Below are positions 7,239 through 12,646 of a stretch of DNA of 12,646 nt, one piece after another (within the stretch, counting starts at the first letter, position 1; every line of letters starts with the position of its first letter). Source of the stretch: Chlorokybus atmophyticus (Eukaryota; Plantae; Mesostigma and Chlorokybus algae); contig RHPI01001168.1 of NCBI GenBank assembly GCA_009103225.1, positions 1 through 12,646 on the forward strand, written 5' to 3'. Made by a program: the position numbers and the translations under genes. The notes under the pieces are model-generated. The model ran no database searches and was not told the origin of the DNA. It saw only the letters and a program-made list of their open reading frames with translations.

Positions 7239-10200
7239 ATGGGAGTCCTTTGTCCGTATTGCCACATGCGCTTCGCCACACGCAGCTCGGTCTACATGCA
7301 CATTATTAGCAGCAGGGTGTGCAAGCAGATCAAGCTGTATGTCGGCCAGCGTCCATTACAGTACGATGCGGGTCATGTTGAACCGGGGAGTTCGATCCAG
7401 GATGCTCACATGCTTGATGCTGAAGGATTCCTCCAGGAGACACACGCACAGCAGCAACAGGAGGAGGAGGAAGTGAACGAGGGCTTTCGATGTGTGCGTG
7501 TGCTTGAGAAACCTGTAGCACGCCAACATGGAAGTGGAGGCGTCCCTTCGCACGCGTCGGTATCCAGGTGGTATGGCTCGGAGCATGCTCTTGCAGTGGC
7601 ATTCGTGCAGTACAACAACGGCCAAGGCCTGTCGGCCTCCGACATCGGGCGGATCATCAAGTGCATCCGAAATGCACATTTCCTGACGGAAGAGCTCCAG
7701 TGGGAGACCGGTGTGCATGTGGCCAGCTACCTCCGGACCACGATTGCTTTCTCTCAGTCTGAGGTGTGTTCACGGTGTGCGGTGCATGTGCTTCAACCAT
7801 CAGAGCCATGTCACATATGCACATGCGAGTGTGCTGCCGTATCAGAACTACGTGACGGCTGACCTGCGCAAGCCTGGAGACCCTGAGGATCAGGACATCT
7901 GCGTCACATATATGCCGGCCAAGGTCTGTGAAATGCAGTACCTAATGCAGTATCGATGCAGTATCTATTCTGAGGCCAGTATAGTAAGTAATGCTTTTGG
8001 TCGGAGCAGGTATGGCTCGCACGGTTGTATGGCAATCCACATGCCGCCAATGGCTTCAATCTCCAGTACACTGGTGACGAGCACAGCTTTGGCCATCCTT
8101 CCACGGGCGATTGGTGGAAGGATGTGGAGGTGGATTTGAGGAGAGAGGTGGGGGAAGCGTCCTACTTGGCGCCTGCCATTCTGTACAGTGACAAGACCAC
8201 GCTGGACAGCGCGGGCAAGCGCTCTGGCTACCCTCTGATGGCATCGCTTGCCAACTACAGTTGGGACATGTATGCTAGCAACATGGGGGTTGTTATGATA
8301 GCGCTTCTGCCGGTGGTTCACGCAGTGGCCGGGCATCCCACCTGGGCGCAGGGCAAGGAATCGTTCTCCATTCGAAAACGTGAGATTTTCCATAACGCTT
8401 TGAATGTAGTGTTAGGGGATGTGAAGCGGGCGAGTTGGGAAGGTCTGCAGCTCATTGACCCGAATGGCATCGAGCGTCGTGTGTTTCCCGCGCTTGCCAA
8501 CTACATCAGCGATTTGCAGGTAGTGGGCATGAATGGTTGTAACCGGATGCAGCCTGCCAGCAAACAGTGCATGGAGGATGTTGTCAGTAAAACATCTGAG
8601 TTTGTCGTGTTGCAGGAGACTGCCACACTCGCACGCACTGTGTCAGGCAACCAAACACGACATCCTTGCGATGTTTGTCTCGTCACCAAATCAGATTTGT
8701 TGGAGATGGATGAGGACTGGGAATTGAGAACCGAGGCCTTCTACACACCAGCAATACGTCAGCTGCTGGCGGACCTGCATAGCGGTGTTAAAAATGCACG
8801 CCAGACAGCCAAGGTTTTAGAAGTTTTGAACTCCATGCATGTCGAGGAGGTAATGGTCAAATTATCGGCATTCGTGAGGATGAATGGCTTTCCGTGAAAC
8901 CAGGCAATGTGGTTTGGCAACAGAATGCACTGTGGGGTTGGCGACAGTCGCGGGTGCTGACTGCTACTCTCGTCTTGCCCCTGACGCAATGCATGTGCTG
9001 GAAGGCATCATTGACCACCTGCTTGCTGCTGTGTACGACGCCGCGAAGGAACGAATGCGTCCATCAACGAGACAGATTCAGCAGGCCAGGCACGTCTTTG
9101 GTGTTGCTTTTGTGTTGAACACAAAAGCCAACAACACGTGCTCACGAGCAGATGTGCACAGGCTGAATGCATGCAAGGCGACTCTGCGGGTTTCGCACTT
9201 CAAGGCACCCACAAGCACAGTAGATTTCTTCCTGTCCGACCACTCCTTTCAGGTGGTGGAGAAAGTGGCGGTGCTGCAGCTGCTGCCGGTCCTCGCAGAC
9301 GGTTTGCTGCTCGACAGTGAGGGCAACGATTTCTTCACCATTGCTGCCGCATCGCTTGCCCAGTGGAACAAGAAGTTGCTCAATGCGCATGAACACACAA
9401 GAGAGACTCTGACCATAGCCGACAACGAGCTGGCTGCCTTCAAAGCTGCAGTGTTGCATCCGCTACTGTCGTCATATTCTGCACAGAAGTCAGGTTGGAA
9501 GATCGAGAAGATGCATCAGCTCACTCATTTTGGGCCGGCAATTGTAAGCAGTGGACACCCAGATTGGTTCAGCACCAACCGCATGGAGCAGACGCACGCC
9601 CAAAATATCAAACGATGGGCGCGTGGTGGCAACAACCGGGACTACCAGGCACGTATCCTGAAGGCATGGAGCTGTGCGGAATATGTGAGAGAGGATGGCA
9701 TGGTCGTGGATCCCGAGATGCGCTCGGTCATGTCGCAGGCGCGGCAGCAGTGCTGTAATGTCATGGAGAAGACGGACAAGTTGCTACGGATGGATGTGCT
9801 GACGAGGAGGGAGTCCAGCCCGCACTGGAGCGGATTTGCGCGTAGCCGCCAAGTCGCCTTGAAAACTCCATTCGCCGACAAGCTGCCTGCCACCCTGGAC
9901 AGCTGGTTGAGGAGGGAACAACTGGAGTTGGCCGACGGGTGGCGTGCTGTTTGCGTGGTGAACGGAGGCGCAGCGGTGTACATGACATCAGGAGTCAGCA
10001 TGGCGCGCGCAACGGGGATGTTCCATGGGCGGCCTTGGTTCTCTACACTTGAGTTGGAAGGTGATAAGGACGGTGTGAACGTGACGTGGTGGGCTTAGGC
10101 ACTCCTTTTTCTGCGCGTGGTGATGTGGGGTGGTAGCGGCGAGCGCGTGTGGAAGGAGGTCGTGTTTGTCCGCTGGTACACGAAGCTGGATGTGACGAGC

Positions 10201-10374
10201 GACACAAAGTGCATCGCTCTGGAATGGGAAAAGCGTCGAGGCGGTCCACATCTCGATGTCGTGACTCTAGAGCAAGTAAACGGCATTGTCCAGCTGCTCC
10301 CCATGTTTGACAAGGACAGCGCCCGCGTACAAGAGGGCAAGTATTGGGTTAACGTTCACTGCACTTCCACGTGA
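7239..10374 (+). pseudogene. Gene D: Plavaka-type (CMC/EnSpm-related) DDE transposase, ~908 aa if repaired. Exons 7239-7763, 7846-7923, 8010-8519, 8616-8849, 8924-9089, 9162-10374. One frameshift (8934-8937) and one in-frame TAG (10096-10098)
   Basis: N-terminal zinc finger CPYC-x12-H-x6-C. Plavaka-like motifs HPSTGDWW, ILYSDKTTLD..G.RSGYPL..SLAN, NYISDLQE..LA..CDVC, PDAMHVLEG (DxxH), HT.ETL, KMHQLTHF..AI..G.PDWFSTNRMEQTH..N.RDY, and C-terminal RA..MFHGRPWF..VFVRWY..VQLLP.F..YWVN. The splice sites restore these motifs. Confidence 0.9.
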
Positions 10375-10577
10375 CACATGTACTTGTCTCACTACTCTGG
10401 GTTTGGAGCATATCAGTCAGTTAGGCATTGCTAATCGTATGGTAAGACTTTTGCATGTGGACATGTACAATACCGGGCAGCTGTCACTGCACAACTGTCA
10501 CCACAATCGAATGTGCCATGCAACATTCAACAATCAGTCCGCCGTGTGGCATTAAGCATCAATACAGTGCACCACAC

Positions 10578-11998
10578 TCAAGCCTCATAGTTCCATGACA
10601 CAGGAGGGTAGTCACAGCGCATATCCATTGTTTCAAGCATGAAACGCCCTATACACTCCGCCATTGCGGGAGGAACTGCATTCGCTATGGAAACGGCTTA
10701 GGTCATCCATGGCACTCTCAGCGCTGTTTGCCACGCAGCAATGCCGCCCCTGGTGCTTGGAAGGCCATAGACCGGGTACATCTGCTGTGGCGCGTTTGAT
10801 GTCACGATTGTCTTCTTCGCGCTAGCGGACAGGTGCGGCGATAGCAATCCAACTACCTTGCCCGCGTGCGAGCAGCGTGCTGGTGGGGTAGCTACCACTG
10901 GCTGTGTCTCAAACAGACGGTGTCGGAAAGTTGATAGGCCAACATCGTGCCACAAAGGGACAGATTGGGTTTGAATGAGGAAGCTGCTCCTGGCACATTC
11001 TCAATCACAAACTTGACCTGGCTTGCAAGCAGCAGACGTCGGACGAGCGGTATCATATCCTGGTGTCTCCAGGATGTGCCATGTGCCGCCCGTTGAGGTG
11101 CCGGGATAGCACCTGAATAGGCCTGGCATGGTGGACTGGCCCAGATGAGCTCGTACTCGCTCAGCTCTCTTGCACTCAGGGTGCATACATCGCGGTGTAT
11201 GAAGGGCAGCGGGTACTCAGAGGAGGGACTGATGTCCATCCCGGTCACGTCAAAGCTGCGTGGTATAGACCGACACTGGCACCGCCACCGCCGCAGAATA
11301 GGTCGAGTGCCCTTGGTCTGCGTGTGCGTCCCCGCTTGTTGTCAAATGGCGTATATGTGGTCAAGGCTGGCCGTGGTGCTGGCCAGGGACTAACAATGAT
11401 GCCGTCCGGGCTTACTTGACGACTGACGTTCTCCCCTCCGGCGCACAGAACATAGCGTGCCCCGTCAACTGATGTGTACGCGAATACGTTGTGCCCTTTG
11501 AAGTTGATGGTTTGTGGTCGATCACCGTCATCGAATACTATACGGTGCTGCCCTGCAAAGACATTTTCCATTGCACCATGCATATATGATGCGTCCTCAA
11601 TCTCGCACGCCACGAAGCGATGCTGACTTGACGCTTGCTTGAATGATTCCACAACGCCCGCATACCATTCCCCATTCAGCGGCCAATGCACCATGACACT
11701 CACACCGATCAGCTGCTCGCATCCCAACTTAACTGCGTTCCGCAGCCGATGCAGTGCGCTGTCCAATGGTCGATGGTCTGCCTCCTCTACAGCGGCCAGG
11801 GGATGGAACTGCCCACGCCCACACCGTGCAAGACTGCTCTGAATGCGACAACAGCTTCAACATGCATGAAATAAGCATACGCCCAACATAACATGCAGTG
11901 ATACGTCGCGGTCCACTCTTGTGGATTACCTCCACAGCATCCACCACCTGTCCACTAACCACATGTCCCGGTGTTGTCCATANTGGCGTGTAAGAGCT
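10578..11998 (-). pseudogene. Gene E: Tudor domain fused to a C5 cytosine DNA methyltransferase (compact phage/bacterial type). Exons ~11998-11930, 11808-11628, 11552-10578. Frameshifts at ~11256 and ~10941, in-frame TAA at 10700-10698, 5' part interrupted by copia
   Basis: Tudor-like LIGVSVMVHWPLNGEWYAGVVESF..HRIVFDDGD. MTase motif I ALDLFCGGGGAS.GL; then (A)GFDVTGMDI; motif IV WASPPCQAYS with the catalytic Cys; motif VI VIENVPG; LCGTMFGL; motif VIII FRHRLFET; and, past the TAA, WMT*..IANAVPPAMAECIG (motif X), ending in TGA at 10580-10578. Confidence 0.9.
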
Positions 11999-12234
11999 TG
12001 TTGGAAAGCTCTGGTTGTGAGAAAGACAACGCAGCTTAGAGCGCGTCAAAAGGCTGAGTATAGCTTACGCAGTGCTTGCAAACGTAGACGTGTGTGTAAC
12101 TGGCTGGTATAAGAACCAGCGGACAACTTGTAATAGATGAATGTGATGTGACTTGTGTATGCTCTGGTGGCGGTAGCTCTGTCCGTGTGTATCCATGCTT
12201 GCCTCAGCTACATGTGCATGCTAGTCCTTCAACA
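11999..12234 (+). mobile_element. Putative 5' LTR (236 bp) of a Ty1/copia retrotransposon
   Basis: Begins TGTTGG and ends TTCAACA (TGTTG/CAACA terminal inverted repeat). TATA-like tataag at 12108 and TGTAA at 12129. Followed immediately by TGG (PBS) and then gag. Candidate target-site duplication gagct at 11994-11998. The 3' LTR is outside the window, so the boundaries are unconfirmed. Confidence 0.7.
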
Positions 12235-12245
12235 TGGCGCAGTAG
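12235..12245 (+). promoter_or_regulatory. Putative primer-binding site TGGCGCAGTAG
   Basis: TGG directly after the LTR-terminal CA, complementary to a tRNA 3' CCA end. Confidence 0.5.
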
Positions 12246-12350
12246 ACTTGTACCGTAGCAAAGCAGCAGCCTTCTCTNCTTCTACACTACGGTAGCTTCT
12301 TAGTAGCAGAGCCTTGGGTGTCAACTGCAAGAAAGGCAGGCTCGACAGAA

Positions 12351-12646
12351 ATGGAGGCGACCTACGACAAGGGGCAGATTGCAAAGCTGGACACCGACAA
12401 CTACAACACATGGTGCGTGGAGATGAAGGCCTTGCTCATCCACAAGAAGGTGTGGAAGTACGTTGATCCGAAGGCACCACCACCAACACCAGGAGCGAAC
12501 ACTGTGTGGTCAGAGCATTCAGCAGAAGCACACTCTTTGCTTGTGTTGAACAGCAAACCGCATCACTTTCCCATGCTCACTGCATGTGAAGATGGTAGAC
12601 AAGCTTGGGAAAAGCTATCAGCCGTTTTCAGAGCCAAGAACAATGC
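12351..12646 (+). CDS. gag: Ty1/copia gag polyprotein N-terminus (runs off the window)
   Basis: MEATYDKGQIAKLDTDNYNTWCVEMKALLIHKKVWKYVD...AEAHSLLVL...CEDGRQAWEKLSAVF matches the copia gag pattern KL...NY..W...M..LL....LW..V and A...W..L...F. Confidence 0.9.
   Translation, partial: MEATYDKGQIAKLDTDNYNTWCVEMKALLIHKKVWKYVDPKAPPPTPGANTVWSEHSAEAHSLLVLNSKPHHFPMLTACEDGRQAWEKLSAVFRAKNN

Larger units (their letters stand above)
1..11998. mobile_element. Possible interior of one large Plavaka/CMC DNA transposon carrying genes A-E
   Basis: Dense packing of a transposase with genes bearing TE/chromatin-type domains (BED-like, SAM-like, Tudor-MTase) and repeat arrays, with no recognisable housekeeping gene. 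No terminal inverted repeats identified, so this is inference only. Confidence 0.45.

Noticed and set aside
6463-7476. ORFs 6463..6831(+), 6640..7281(-) and 6859..7476(+)
   Set aside because: They run through the palindromes, (AT)n and (GGC)n tracts, and overlap better-supported spliced genes.
10397-10401. CACTA pentamer as a transposon terminus
   Set aside because: It is in the wrong orientation for a right end of the transposase-bearing element, and I found no matching inverted partner in the window.
11387-11417. Strong gtaagc donor in the MTase linker as an additional intron
   Set aside because: The nearby AG acceptors lead to stops, while the unspliced frame reads cleanly into motif I.
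1-12646. Endogenous giant virus, Polinton or prokaryotic restriction-modification locus
   Set aside because: No viral hallmark genes or restriction endonuclease recognised, and all genes except the MTase core contain spliceosomal introns.

Overview
Eukaryotic, GC-rich, intron-containing DNA. The short GT-AG introns and the TGTAA and TTAGGG motifs suggest a green alga or similar protist, but the host cannot be established from this window. The six-frame ORF track is mostly misleading because the real genes are spliced. Manual splicing gives five tightly packed genes plus the 5' end of a retrotransposon: (A) a minus-strand BED-like zinc finger/coiled-coil/charged-repeat gene that runs off the left edge; (B) a divergent SAM-like-domain gene; (C) a small minus-strand coiled-coil/acidic gene; (D) a divergent Plavaka-type (CMC/EnSpm-related) DDE transposase with one frameshift and one in-frame TAG; (E) a convergent gene fusing a Tudor domain to a compact phage/bacterial-type C5 cytosine DNA methyltransferase, with two frameshifts and one in-frame TAA. 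The 5' part of gene E is cut by a Ty1/copia element (LTR, PBS, gag). Non-coding parts carry three different palindrome-based arrays (AGCT-rich, TGCCG-N4-CGGCA with a 26-bp period, GTAC/AATGGTAC cruciforms), a telomere-like (CCCTAA)n tract and (GGC)n tracts. The best candidate for a novel system is a large Plavaka element carrying its own chromatin-reader-guided DNA methyltransferase and accessory genes. Element ends are not visible, so that linkage is inferred. All domain calls are by eye, without database searches.
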